From positions 23,312,001 to 23,376,000 of the forward strand of contig CM120642.1 in NCBI GenBank assembly GCA_051362555.1: DNA of 64,000 bases, in the 5' to 3' direction. A model generated the notes under the pieces. It saw only the letters and a list, made by a program, of their open reading frames with translations. It made no database searches and was not told the origin of the DNA. Position numbers and translations under genes: made by a program. The stretch comes from Lingula anatina (lineage: Eukaryota > Animalia > Brachiopoda). Position 1 is the first letter of the stretch; every line of letters starts with the position of its first letter. Shown here one piece after another: positions 1 through 13,353 of this stretch.

Positions 1-598
1 GATTTTCCGTCTATGATCAAATTTCACTATGGAGAGTTTACAAGATAATTTACATGTACCAGTAAAGGAACTATTACATAAGAAGCAAATGATGAATGAG
101 AAAATGATGAGAAAGCTCGAACTAATGAATCAGTTTTGTATGGAGTCAGTATTCAGTGTATTATCTCCTAGTACTGAAAAAAAAGCAGCTTAGGCCTTGA
201 AAAGGAAATTAAAGAATTAGTCTACATTTAATTCTTCGAGTTAAAATGAATGTATCATGAAAGATTTCTGTGCAACAAACTATGGATTTTTAGGTCAGGG
301 AATGAGTACATTGCTACAATGTAGACCACATTGAGTTTTCCTTTTGTAATAAGTTACAGTAAAAGGTTTTGAATGTTTTTTAATGCACAAAATGATGTAA
401 ATGTCTAAGATACATGTATTTTCATACTTATAAAACCCCTGTCGAATACAATATTAACTGAAAGTTCTTGGTTGCAAAAGCATCATGTAAAGTAATTAAG
501 TTAAACTTTAAAATAAACTTTTTTTTAAATGTGAACGAATTTCTTTTTTCATCCAAATTATTTTTTAAAAAATCCTGGGTTTTTAGCTGTAAATTTAC

Positions 599-1293
599 CA
601 TGTCCACGCTGATTACAATCCAGCGCACACATTCGCACTTGAAGTGAACGTGTCGGTTGCGCTGGTAAAACGATCTTCTAACAAAAGTGTGTTAGATGAG
701 TCGTTCACCCATTTTACGCTCAATTGAGGATGTATCGGCACATGTTAATGCCCAAAACAATTGAAAGGACTCGTGAAGTAAGAAAACATTCCTACATGAC
801 GACAAGATAATATTATTTTCAACTGAAACAAACACCACGTGTACATATTTTTTTTTATTCGGGAAGTTCAAAGGTCTGACGCGTTTCCAATCCATATTTC
901 ATAGGCACCCACCTTGAGCGTAAACACAAACTTGGTCGTCATCGACAAAAAAGGCAGGACGATCATCAATGCACTCAAACTGTAGATCTGTGTTAGCAGC
1001 ACAGTACAGTACGCCTGCTTTATCGACTTAGTGGCTAAACGATAGCAGGGAATACTTTGGCATGATGTTCATTCATGGGCCGACTGGGGGAAAGTGAAGA
1101 GAAATAAAACTCTCAAGTCGCGAGACAGTAGCCCAAGAAGGAGATATCGGCTGCAACAGTAGAAAAGGCGAGGGAAGCGAACGCAGTCGGGACACGAAGT
1201 CTCAAAAGATTTGTCTGAAACTATCCACGAGCGACTATATTAAATAGAAGACAAGCATCAGAGCCCAAGGAAGAACTTTTTTGGTATAAACAG
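599..1293. promoter_or_regulatory. CpG-rich promoter region with the probable non-coding first exon of the C1orf21-like gene (donor CAG|gtatga at 1293/1294) and a possible divergent first exon on -
   Basis: CpG density is clearly higher than in the flanks. There is a + donor at 1294, a - donor ATG|gtaaat at 599/598, an E-box CACGTG at ~836 and TCGCGAGA at ~1118. Confidence 0.5.
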
Positions 1294-1970
1294 GTATGAC
1301 TGGTATGCACTGTAGGCCCTATTACACTTAATTACAGTGAAGATGTTGGGAGGCAGTGAGATGGGGGGGGGGGGGGGGGGGGGGCGTGATGGTGAGATAT
1401 CCAGTTTGCGGTTCATCAGGTATATCATAGAATGGTAACATAAGATATATATGCATTACATAGACATTGCCACATACTTCTAACTTCTGAAAATTAAGCC
1501 ATGACTAAAATATAAATTGGAATAACAATCTAGTAATATTTTTTGTGGAGTTGGGACTTTGATTTATTTCATTTGTTTTCACGCATGCCAGGTGAATGTG
1601 ATCAAGGCACTTAAATTCTTCATTAATTTAAGGCTTATTGAATAGCTGTATGAGACAGTGTGGCCTTTTCAAGAAACTAGCACCTTTAATAAATGAAACA
1701 GCTAAGTGAATGCTTTGACCTTCTGAAAAAGCTGCGATATAATGAAACTACGGTAGATGCTGGATAGTATATATGTGCATACTAGTACTCTAGTAGTCAG
1801 AGCTCTTTTGTATTGAAAGCATGACAATCTAGCACAAAATAATACTACTGAGTGGAAGGTCAAATAGCAGCTTATGAAAGCTCATCAGTCAGCTTGAAGA
1901 AACCATCCTTGAAGTTGTAACTTGTTATAAATTTCTTTTTTAATACCCTGTATATATGTAAGTTACACTT

Positions 1971-2232
1971 ATGAGACTTTTCTGACTTTTGTCGGAATTC
2001 CGACTTTTTCAGGGTGATTTGGGTCATTCTTGTGAATCGTGTAAATCCTACTTTTTCAGTGAGGACTGGTCTTGTCCCTGAAGTTACCAAAATGAGACTT
2101 TTCTGACTTTTGTCGGAATTCCGACTTTTTCAGGGTCATTTGTGTCATTCTTGTAAATTGTGTAAATCCAGGGAATCGTGTAAACCCTACTTTTTCAGTG
2201 AGGACTGGTCTCATCCCTAAAGTTACCAAAAT
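1971..2232. repeat. Tandem duplication of a ~121-140-bp unit containing the palindrome GTCGGAATTCCGAC
   Basis: atgagacttttctgacttttgtcggaattccgactttttcagggt...gttaccaaaa at 1971 and 2092. Confidence 0.9.
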
Positions 2233-2613
2233 GACCAAAATGCATGTTTTTCCCTTGAAGAGTGAAATGCCTGATGTACCAGCCTGGCTAAATATAGTTA
2301 TAATAGTTCCTGCATGTTACTTGTGCATATGCAAGGAATCGTATGCATTCTGTATTACTTTTTCTTGGCTTTAAGAATTCAGTGTTAAGGTTGAATATGG
2401 GACAAATGCAATCTTTCGTGGGTTAAAGGTTCTACTGTACTGTCAGTTAGTTTTGATATTGATCTAAATCTTTCTCCTAGAAAACATATAAAATATTATA
2501 TTTCTTTACATAACTATTACTTAATGAAATAATGACATGAAATTAATAGTTGTTGAAATAAACTTTATTGATCTGCGAGTTGGTGTATCTTGGTCAGTTG
2601 AGATGATGGCCTT

Positions 2614-2708
2614 TTTTCTGGCACGCCCCCTCCCACCCTGCCCCATACACATTATTAATTTTCTGGCACGCCCCCTCCCACCCCGCCCCATACACATTAT
2701 TAATTTTC
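2614..2708. repeat. 45-bp tandem duplication
   Basis: ttttctggcacgccccctcccaccc(t/c)gccccatacacattattaa x2. Confidence 0.9.
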
Positions 2709-2943
2709 TTTTCTTTATTGTTTTTATTGGAGGGAGGGTTGATGGAATGAATCTGAATGGTTCTTAAATTTGTAAAGGATTCAAAGGAAATTTTATATTT
2801 TATTGTTATTATTATTATTATTTTCATTATCATTTACTACAGTAATTTTTATTTTTTGCCACAAAACTGCACATTTTAAAATGTTATCTGTAGGCATTAG
2901 AACTTTGCCATAAGACTACTCTGCACAGGTAAGATAACTGCTG

Positions 2944-2944
<1 letters not shown>

Positions 2945-2996
<52 letters not shown>
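2945..2996. repeat. (TA)n microsatellite
   Basis: Seen directly. Confidence 0.95.
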
Positions 2997-2999
<3 letters not shown>

Positions 3000-5900
3000 A
3001 AGACTTGAACTTCCAGAGTACTTCTAGGGTGATATAGTAAATGGTAAATTAGAGGTAGGCGCCATGCTGTGTACACATCTGCCATATGATATGAGTGAAA
3101 TAATTAGCCTCTTCCTTTCTTCACGTATGTTGAATATGCAGTATGTACATTGTAGTTTGTTGGCTGTCATAGCATCTTGTTAATTCACTTTTAAAGATGC
3201 AGAAGGAAAGTTTAAAGAAGAAAAGAAATTGAAAGAAAATCACCTTAATGGCTCTGGGTGAAAGCATGATCAAGCAAAGGAAAATGGAGCTAATATTATA
3301 AACCTAAATAATATGATACATAACATTTCTTGATAACAAGAATTCAGAATTGATTCCATATCCGTCATGGTTCTACTGATAGCAGACATTGCTTTCATTT
3401 TTCACAACCGCAAGCTATCCGAGGCAGTTGGATTCCGTTTTTATCTCAGAAAAACCCCTGATATTAAGAAAAGGCATACACATTCTTAATAAAAATAGGC
3501 TGTAAAAGTCAAGTGTAGTTGACATTGCATCCAAAGTAAACAATTTTCTGAGAATTTTATCTTGGTGCAGTAGAAGTGTACTTGTCTGAGATTCCAAGCA
3601 AACTGATATTTTCATTAAAAGGTTATCCTGACTGTCTCTACAGTTCAGCTCATGACAGTTATCCTGAGTAGGCTGCGCATTTCATCTCTTTTGAAGTAGC
3701 ATGCAATTGTGGTTTGAGAAAATCAGTTAGCACGGGGCACATTTTCTGGGTCTTTCATCACATCTTGTATGTTTATGCAACCAAATAAAAAAGAAAAAAA
3801 GAATAATTCCAGGAAAATTGTGGAGCAGTTTTTCAGTGCTAGATCAGTAAATCAATACATGCAACTCTTATTGCAGATCTACTTTATTAAATTGATTTTT
3901 TAAATTAATTTTTGTCTTTGCACCCTTTAGTTTTTATCTCCTAGACAGCATGTAGATTTAAATAATTATTGCCCTGAGGTCTAAGGAGAAGATATGATGT
4001 TAATCTCTGCTGATAAATGCATTATAAATATATACTAGTAGGGTATACTTCATATCAAAGTTGGAGTACACAGAGACGATCTTAAATGGACTTAAATACT
4101 ACATGTACATATGCTAGTACAGTTTTTTACTTTGGAAAATCTCCAAAGAAAGTATATTATCAGGGACCACTGTATTGAAGGTGGTTTAATCCCACGTATA
4201 TTTGTACATTTTCTAAGCACACTGCAAGTGGGTCTAACCTGTAAAACCTTTAATTTGTTTGCCTTCTGACTGAACAAGTTGCTTGTGTTGACAGAATAGG
4301 CCTCGGTTACCTGTAAACTGGAGTGGCGATATGCTCGTTAATGGGGTTGAAATAAACCGAAAATCAGCTTAGCTTCAGAGATGATAAGATTTTAACCCAG
4401 AGAGGTTTCAAATGATCTGACATATTTTTAGGGACAGACCATAAAATGATGTTTTTGCTACATATATTCTCTGACTTTATAATTTGCCTCATGGGTATTC
4501 ATCAGCTTGTTGTAAAAAAATTGCAATAACAGTAAGTTTTTGATAAGTCAATATGACCAGAGACAAGAAAAAAAAAAAAGAAAACAACACAACCCACTCT
4601 TTCTGTGAGGATACTAGGAACTCGAAAGCAGTTTGTGCCCAAATTGATTCCTTGCATGTTGACATCCGTCAAGTGTAGTTCGGGAAGCATGTTAATGGTA
4701 GTAGGCATGGGTGATCAGTGCCATTCATTACTCCATTGGGAAGGTGTTACAGACAGACATTAAACTTGCATGCAATCACAATAGAACACAAAACAATGAA
4801 TTGGGAGCTCCTCATTAACACAAGGAAAAATATTTTCCCAATCAATATTTAATCAGTAGCTAGTGGTAAAATCCACTTGACGTTATTTTTGCCCTCTTCC
4901 CATTAAACTGAAAATACCTTGGGAAGTTGCTTGTAAATTAAGTATATGAACTTCTTAGAGGCATGCAATATGTGTTAGACCTTAATACAGCAGTAAATTA
5001 ATTTTCTTGTAAATTTCAACACCCTTTTCTCAGTCACAAAATCATGATCTCTAAACACCTCCGAGTTTCAAGATTTTTATTTTTAAGTCACTCTTGAGAT
5101 GAGAACTGGAGAAAACTGGGGAATTTTACTCATAATGGTAAAAATTGAAATTCGGAATTCAAACACTGGTTTACAGATGATCATAGTTTTTTTCAACAGT
5201 ATTGAATGAGATACACTGGTAATTGAGGGAAAACCATTGACGTTTTTAGAAAAATTATTTTTTGCACAAATATTGAGAAAGGGCTAGTATACACCATATG
5301 TGTTTAACTCTCTTAAATTAAATACGAGTTGACACTGTATGTGTTTAACTCTCTTAAATACTTAAAAAGGCACAAGTTTAACCCGTGGTAAGAGATGTGA
5401 CAAGAGGGGGAAACACTGTTGAATTTCAGTGAATTTAGGCAGAGACTTAAAATCCCAGTTAGTAAATAGTAAGTAAGTGACAAAAAGGGGGAAAGACTAG
5501 AATTTCTTTGAAATTAAACAGAGAGAAATATGATTTGCCAGTTAGTAAATCAACAATGAATAAGTCACATCCACAAGATTGATAGTTCGTAGAAGTGTCA
5601 CATCGGTGAAAAGCATTATATTTGAAGTCAGTAATTGATCGATGTAATCAAAAGGTCACAGCTCAGCAGTAAGAGCCAACTGTGTTAATGACACCACCAA
5701 CCCCCCCCCTTTCTGAAAAACTGTTGAAGACTACTACTGGGTGTTATAATAATAATTAGATCTTTAGATATAAGAAGTCATTCTAAAAATCTAAATTCAG
5801 GGAGGGGTGCAGGAGCTGATCAAATTGCTGTGAGCTTAGAGTAGCAGACTGTCTCTGTAAACTAGCCTCACTGTCTGTCTCCTCTTCCAAGCTTGTAAAA

Positions 5901-8900
5901 GTAATTTGCTACAAGCTGGCTTGTTTAATCAATACAGAATGATTTAGGTACTAGCACATAACATGGTATGTTTCCTAGTACTTAGATTCCGCTCATAATT
6001 CAAGTACCCTTATAGTTTGACATGTTTAACTATTTTGTTACTAAAAAAAAAAGATGTACTCAGACTTGAATCTTACTGATTCAGAATTTTAGATACTTAT
6101 TTTAGCCTTTGTAGGTACCCTATTTTTAACTCAAAAATTGTTGGAAGTTTGTGAGAAATTGCCATAAAGGTATTACAGACTTTGAGACTATACCGATAGT
6201 TCACTGAAGGTAGCAGATGGGCACCCTAAGGCGAAGTCAGGGTAAATCAAAACAACAATGGCATCATGTGTAAGGACTGATACTTAATGAATCTAGATAA
6301 TTATGATACATTGGCTTGAAGTGAAAAAAAAAACCCCTGTAGATGGAGTGAAGCTTGGGGCAGGGGAGATAAAAAGATTAAAAAACAGGGAAAGTGAGGC
6401 TGTAAAGATATTGGTTGGCTTTCACAGGTTTTGAGAGACAGAGAGGGGTGGGGGTGTCAAGGTAAAATGTAGCCTAGGGTGTATGTATCATTTGTTTTCA
6501 TTTAAAGGTACATATGAACCGAGCATCGGTGGATAGTGGATTCTCAGTAACACATGTAAACCACTTCTACTAGATTCTTATATGACTCAAATAAATTCGA
6601 CATGCCAAGGGATAAACTGAACAGATCAGTCGATCAGCCATAAAAGACCTTTAGACTGCTCCTTTCTTTAAATTTATGGTTGTAAATTTAACCTACCTCC
6701 GTGACCTACTTTCCTGCCCCATTGCCATACAGCTTAGAATGCCAGCAGAAAAATCTGTTCAAAAATCATTTTCGGGTAAAATTAAACAATGCCTTTTGGT
6801 AATTCTCTTAGTTATACTACTTGAAACTATATGCTGGCATTTGGTTGGTTTTTGTGACAAAAAATTGACTTTGTATGCATCTTTAAGGGTAAATCTAGGT
6901 AAAGAAACTTTTCCCTTGAGGTGTAAGAATGAGTTATCTGTCCTGTTTAAGCCAGATGTTTTTACCTTAGGGCAGCATGCACATGTATTTCGTAACTTGT
7001 AATTCTGCACATTTTTGGTATTCTTACATTCATTTGTATAAAAATAAATGTACATTTACTCCAGATAGGTTTTTAAAGGGGTTTACATTGTGATTGCTAT
7101 ATTTCAATTGGTTTGACTTGGAATATGGCTTTAGTGCTCTGTGATGCATATTAAATGCCTGGTGTTTACAGTGACTCAAGTGTTATGGGAGTTAGTGTTT
7201 TCTTTTGGGACATTAAGGCCCATTCTGTCCATGACAGCCATACTGTTCCCAACCCCATGTAATAATGTCAATAATCACTTTGACATCCTGCTTGTTATTT
7301 GTCTGTCTGAGTGAACTGAAAACCAGAAAAGAATTATTAATGAAATTGTATTGCTATTTTCAAAATAGGTTCTTAAATGGGAAAAAATAATAAACCGGTA
7401 GAAGAAAAGGAAAGTTAAGTAGGGAAGTAAGAAATTTGACCTTTGTGAAGGTCATTTGAGGTCAGATACAAAGCTCGTCACTGTTCTTCTAAATCACCTT
7501 AAAAGTCAGCTTTGCTCATGCTCTTTGTGAAGTGTTGTTTACCTGTATTCTAAGCTAGGGCATCATGCCAGGCCATTTAACTTCAGATATACCAGTTCAC
7601 TGTGCGTTTTCAATTATAAATGAAGGATCTATAGCTGTCTGGTGTAGTAGAATAGTAAGTAGTATTGTGTATGATGCTTGTTACTTCAGTTGGACCTCGA
7701 TCAGCATAAAAAAGATTGTAACTCCAATCACATTTTTGGATGAAAAATGTCATGTTTGACTGGAGGCATGTTGCATGGAATGATACTGTTGGTAAAATAA
7801 ATGGAAAAAAATCCATTTAAGATTGGAAAAAAAATGCTCTTTCTGCTTACATGTTGACAGAAACTTGTCATCTGTCGATATTATGTTTTATCAGACCTCA
7901 AATTCATGGATATAAGAATTGCATAAAAAGACCATTATTATATAATGAGATTTATTAGTTTTTTTCCTTAGTTACTAAGAATATGTGTTGAGAAATTAAT
8001 AGTCTCTTTTTTCATAGTATTGTTTTTTAGTCAAATAACCTTTTACAAGGAATTTGTTAATGTTCATTAATATGATAGGAGCATGTGTTGTAATTACCAT
8101 GCAGCTAAAAATAAAGTTGATAATGTTTTACGGTTTCTTTTGATACCATGCAGTTGTATCTGTACTTGTACCTGTACGTGAAGTACCGTGTTGTAATGGA
8201 CAACCTTTATGAAGCATTCTGAGCGAGCATGTTGGCATGTGTAGAGATCCATAACTCCATTCAAGTGTCAAGCAAAGACAGCAACCAAGACGAACTGTTT
8301 TGATTTTCCGCTGTCTCACTCCTGGTAACCAGTGAGCCTGTTGCTGATAATTATAGTCATATAGCACCTTTCTGTTAAACTGTTCACAGAGTATATACAT
8401 TGCCCGTACAGTCACAGTTATCAGTAACCAAGGAAGAATCGGTGATCTTATTTTCCTAGTTGATGAAGAAAGTGATGGTTAGACCAAAAAGATCCACTTT
8501 GGCCAACGGTAGAGATTGAGGTAAGGGGCTTTGTTGATTTAAAATACTTGTTAGAAAAAAATATATAAATGATTTGAATAATGAATTTGTGATCAAGACC
8601 CCCTTCCGAAAAAATGATGATAAAATAAAATAAAAAGATAGAATAAATGAATTTTAAAAAACCGTTGTATATAGTGATATATGATATATGTATATATCTT
8701 GGGTTTTTTAATGGTTGCCTCCCCCCCCCCCCCCCCTATTTTTCATGCGAAGTCCTAACTGACATGAAAATATTTACACCTGTACTTTCACTTGTGATAC
8801 TCACAATGTTTGAGCAGTTAAGTGTGTGGTCAAATTTTGAATATTAGAATTTTTTTTGTAGGTACACATTTTTTCTGGCTTTTACACTGCCTGCCCAGTC

Positions 8901-11415
8901 ATCACATGTTGTAGATAAATTTTCTGTTTAGTTCTTGAATTTTTTTACCTCGGTTACATACAGTGTATATATGGCATTTAGGCCTGTCAGAATTAGACTT
9001 TCCCCTCGAATGAACTTAAACATAAATGTATTAGAGCATCAGATATGCCACTTCCCATGGAGTTTTACAGTCACAGGCTACAGTTTTTTTCAGTGAATAT
9101 GTCAAATGCAATCTCTAGTATCGGGAGGTGAAGTGGATGTTGTGTTGGAGGTGTGTGTGTGTGGAGGGGGTACCCATCTTTGGAATTAAGGTCAAGCAAA
9201 CAGCTCTGTCTACAGAGAGTTTGTGGAAAGGTCTCTGTTCTAATATAATATTTATATTTGTTATATGGATTACAGTTATAATTAATATGAAAGGCTGAAA
9301 GTGCAAATAAAATATGCATTGTACTAGTAGTAGTTTGGACATTGCATGTAAAAAAGTGTATATTTGTATCAAGCAAACACATGAAAGATGTAGGCTCTGC
9401 TTGCCATGTTCTAGGTCTCCTTGTGCGAAATATAAACTGTGATTAAATTGCTTTTGCTTAAATGTTGAATGTTTTTAAAGTATTATTTTAAAATTGAGAC
9501 CACTTTTAAGGACATGTAGCCCAATTTCTTAAACTGGCCACCGTGGGCCCCCCAGACTAGTAGTTCTTACATAATTGCTTGCTGTCACATTGTTCATGCG
9601 TGGGATGACTTTGGAAAACCAATAGGTTGACAGCAAAATTTTTTAGGCCTTATATACATGTACACAGTAATACCGGGCAGTCTAAAGAGCCTGCATCCAA
9701 CTTCATGCCTGTAAGTGCAGACTATTAACTTCATTCTAATCGAAATTGAATGGACCTGATCTGTTGCTCATTATATAACTAATCACCTATAATCTCTCTT
9801 CAAGATCAGACATGATTCAATCAAGGCAGCCCCCACTATTGCCAGTCGCTTTCAGCTGACCGAGTTCAACCATTTCACCAAGGAGAAATACTATCAAAAT
9901 CAATTCTGTGTCTCTGTTTGTCCACACAGTATTCAACAGTTTCATGATTTTGCCATGCTGTATTGATTTTTGCATTGAGTTCGATTAAGTGAAGGGTCAT
10001 ATTACTACAGTTGAACCATTATAAAGTTTAAAGAAAACCAGAGAGCAAAGTTATTTTTCCTGAAAAATTGATGTTTTTAAGACAAGAAAGAATATGATTA
10101 GTTTAATTATTTTGAGGTCTTTAGTAAGAGGAAATTGTAATTTTGAAGAAGTTCTTGATATTTTTTATCCTGCATTATTTGATTATAACTTAAGATTCTA
10201 CTGATAATTACTTTGTACTATGGAATTTATCTTTTGATAATTTTGTGCATGGAATGTGTGAATTTTCAAAAAAAATTGTTTTCGTTAAAATGACATAATT
10301 CCTTGAGGAAAATGTTATGAAGGTTTTACTTTTTTATGCAAAAAGAAAAAAAAATAGAAAATTGCTGGAATTTCTAGCAAGAATCTGATCATCCAGTGCA
10401 GATTTATAACAGAGAAAGTGGGAATTTTTTCTACTATCTAAAATTCATTGCTGCACCTTACAGTTAAAATTGGCCACTGTGTTATGAATATATATGATAA
10501 TTTTTCAATGAATTTTATTGTTAATACAAACATCACATTATAGTTGTCACCTAGTACTGCTAAAAATTTATTTCATTTAAATAAGAAAAAATCAGGAAGG
10601 GTGTCTTGAAATAACAGTACAGATTGAATGTTTTGGATAGATGGAGTGTTTGAAATTTATTATTAATAATCACATTTTCCCTTACTTGTAACAGAACAAA
10701 AGGCACATGAATTTACAACCCATTATGTATATATATATCTGTTTCATGCAGTTTGATCAGAATCCCTATGATATAAGGAAAATGATCTGCTTTTACCAGA
10801 GGAAAATGGTATTAGAAATAGCAGACAACTGAACAAATGAAACTGACAGTATCAGTGGCAGTATCCTGTCTCACTTCACACCCAGGCCTACCCAACTACC
10901 AGACTAGGCACCTACGGATCCAGAATAAACCGGTATATCAGACCACACTACCCGTTTTCAAGGTGTGTGTCAGATCGCATTACAGAGTATCAGCCACCAC
11001 ACCGATTTTGCCTGGTGCGCGATGTGATAGCGATGATTGCAGTAATAGGTGGGTAGGCCTGACACCGTAAAGAAAAAATTAGGGGTATTAATGGTTATCA
11101 TACGAGAGAACAAAATGAAGGAAATCGTGTGGAAAGTGCATCCGAGTACGTTTTTTAAAGAAAATATGAAAGAATAAAGTGATGCTGACATTGGCCATGA
11201 TGGGAAATGCACAGAGAATTAAGCAGCTTACCTGGATAATTTGCACCAGTAATGTGCCTCCTGACGACAAAAAGATGGATGAGAAATACTATGATCTTAT
11301 AAAGGATGTCTGATAATTTTCAAGATGCACACTTGATCCAATAACTGAGTGTTTGATATTTGAGCATGGAATAGATCAGGACCTTGACTTATAGTGCTTA
11401 ATTTCTGGAGCTTAA

Positions 11416-11752
11416 AGGGATAATAACTCTTCGTATGAAATCTATATTTCACAATAAAAACATTGTGAATAACTCATAGAAATATAATATATTCTGTTTT
11501 ACGACGAAAACAGCAGTTATAGCTATTATTCTGATATCTGAGCTTGTCTTCAGATCACGTGACCTCCATTGATGGCTATACTCTGTTATAATCTCTTAAG
11601 AGATTTTAACAAAAAACCAAACTTTTTAGAAAAAAACCAGGGACTAACTTTGAATGTAAAAATGGATTCATTAACCATTGGTAAGCATGGGAAAATTGTT
11701 GTTTACTCCAGGAAAATTCATTTTTTGGCCAAAACGAAGAGTTATTATCCCT
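11416..11752. mobile_element. MITE with TTAA target duplication and AGGG...CCCT termini (Kolobok-type non-autonomous DNA transposon)
   Basis: Perfect 19-bp TIR AGGGATAATAACTCTTCGT / ACGAAGAGTTATTATCCCT, flanked by TTAA at 11412-11415 and 11753-11756. Confidence 0.85.
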
Positions 11753-12781
11753 TTAACTTTGAGACTGTCTGTTGTTAATCCATTCAACTCTGAAAGGGTG
11801 CCTGCTGTTGGTTACTAAGACTAGTAAGTGGTAGCATTTTCCATAAACATTTGGAAGGTGGAGAATCTTAATTGGTTTCTATAATTATCATTATGAATAA
11901 TGAAGGCCATTATGATTTTCGACATGTGCTTAGTTCAGGGATTGATATTATTATTATTGTTGAGGTCTTTCTAAGGGTATATATATATTTTCTGTTTCTT
12001 AAAGGTGTAATATCTGGCTTTAAAAAGGTACCTAAGTCATGTTTTCTTTGTCCATACATATCCTTAAAAGCTACCTATCTTACCCAATTCAGACCTTAAT
12101 GATGAACCCCCTTAAATAAAAGTACCTGATGTCAGACTGAGACTATCTTTCTAATATGTACAGGAAGACTGACTGGTCAGTCATTAGAACTATTAGAGTA
12201 AAAAAACAGTGATCCGTTCAGCAACAATTTGTGAGATTTTTGAAGGATAATCTGGTTATAACTAGAAAAATTCGCATATGGGATATCTTAACTGTAAAAT
12301 AGTGCTTTGGTTTTGCTGGATCAGCTCTTGAAGGCTGCATTCTCATCCAGAAAAATACTGGATATTGTATTTAGGAGTGTGTGACTTACATGTCCGAGCT
12401 AAAGGTTCTCAGCATAAGAGATGGCAGATGAGATAAACTCTGCGAAGATTGGCAGATTATTAACAAGGTTCGAATACTGATCAGAGGCAAATGTTCTTTC
12501 ATGGATTTCAAGTTAAGGGTTCACAGGAATGAAAATAGTACTGAGCAGACATGATGATACATGTGCATGAGTAGTACAGGAATCCAATAATTTCACATGT
12601 GCAGAAAGACACCCTTTTTAAATGAAAAAAAAAAAAAAATGGAAAAATTGACAAAGCTTGCCAGTTTACCATATTGTTGTTTTTATTTAGTTTGTTTTGT
12701 GGTTTCTTGCAAAAATGTATTTAATGGTAAATAAATACATCAGACTTTGCTTAAAATATCATTGATTTTTTTTCTTCATTT

Positions 12782-13062
12782 TAAAGGAATTCCCTTTGTA
12801 TTCATAGTGTTACATGTGGCCACAAGGGTACCCCCCCCCAAGCCTCTGAAAGATGAAATACTCCATGGTGGAGAACAATATAAAAAGAATGTTATCATTG
12901 AAAAAGGTTAATTTTAGATGGTGCAACTTGGAAAACCATGTTGCTTGGGCTACAAGTATCCGATATTACACTTTTAACTTCAACTTCCATGTTTTGACTG
13001 ACAATTGTGGGAAAATTGTTTACTCCAGGAAAATCCATGAACAGTTGTTATAAATCCCTTTA
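12782..13062. mobile_element. Degenerate relative of the 11416-11752 MITE
   Basis: ttaaaggaat...atccctttag ends, and a shared subterminal block (gggaaaattgtt-tactccaggaaaat). Confidence 0.5.
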
Positions 13063-13302
13063 GGAAGTTTTAAAAAATACTCAGATATGTGCAAATTTCA
13101 AGTGCGCATGGTCCACCCATTTTGTTAAGTTATGCTATAATTAGATAGATATGAGTTCAAGTGTTTAGTAACATTTTCATGCACCTGCATTTATCACTAT
13201 GTGTCTATACATATAAATATAATTATCAACTGTAGAATCTGAACTTGGAGAGAGAAAGTTTTGTTCCTAACTTAAAAAAATGTGTACACAAGTCTATGTA
13301 CG

Positions 13303-13307
<5 letters not shown>

Positions 13308-13351
<44 letters not shown>
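13308..13351. repeat. (CA)n microsatellite
   Basis: Seen directly. Confidence 0.95.

Positions 13352-13353
<2 letters not shown>

Noticed and set aside
29-193. 54-codon ORF MESLQDNLHVPVKELL...
   Set aside because: No recognisable homology or splice context; within chance expectation.
6676-9382. ORFs of ~100 aa in the first intron (6676-7002, 6759-7055, 9071-9382)
   Set aside because: Compositionally random, with no domains or consistent exon boundaries.
12440-12480. B-box-like GGTTCGAAT suggesting a tRNA or SINE
   Set aside because: No cloverleaf and no properly spaced A box.
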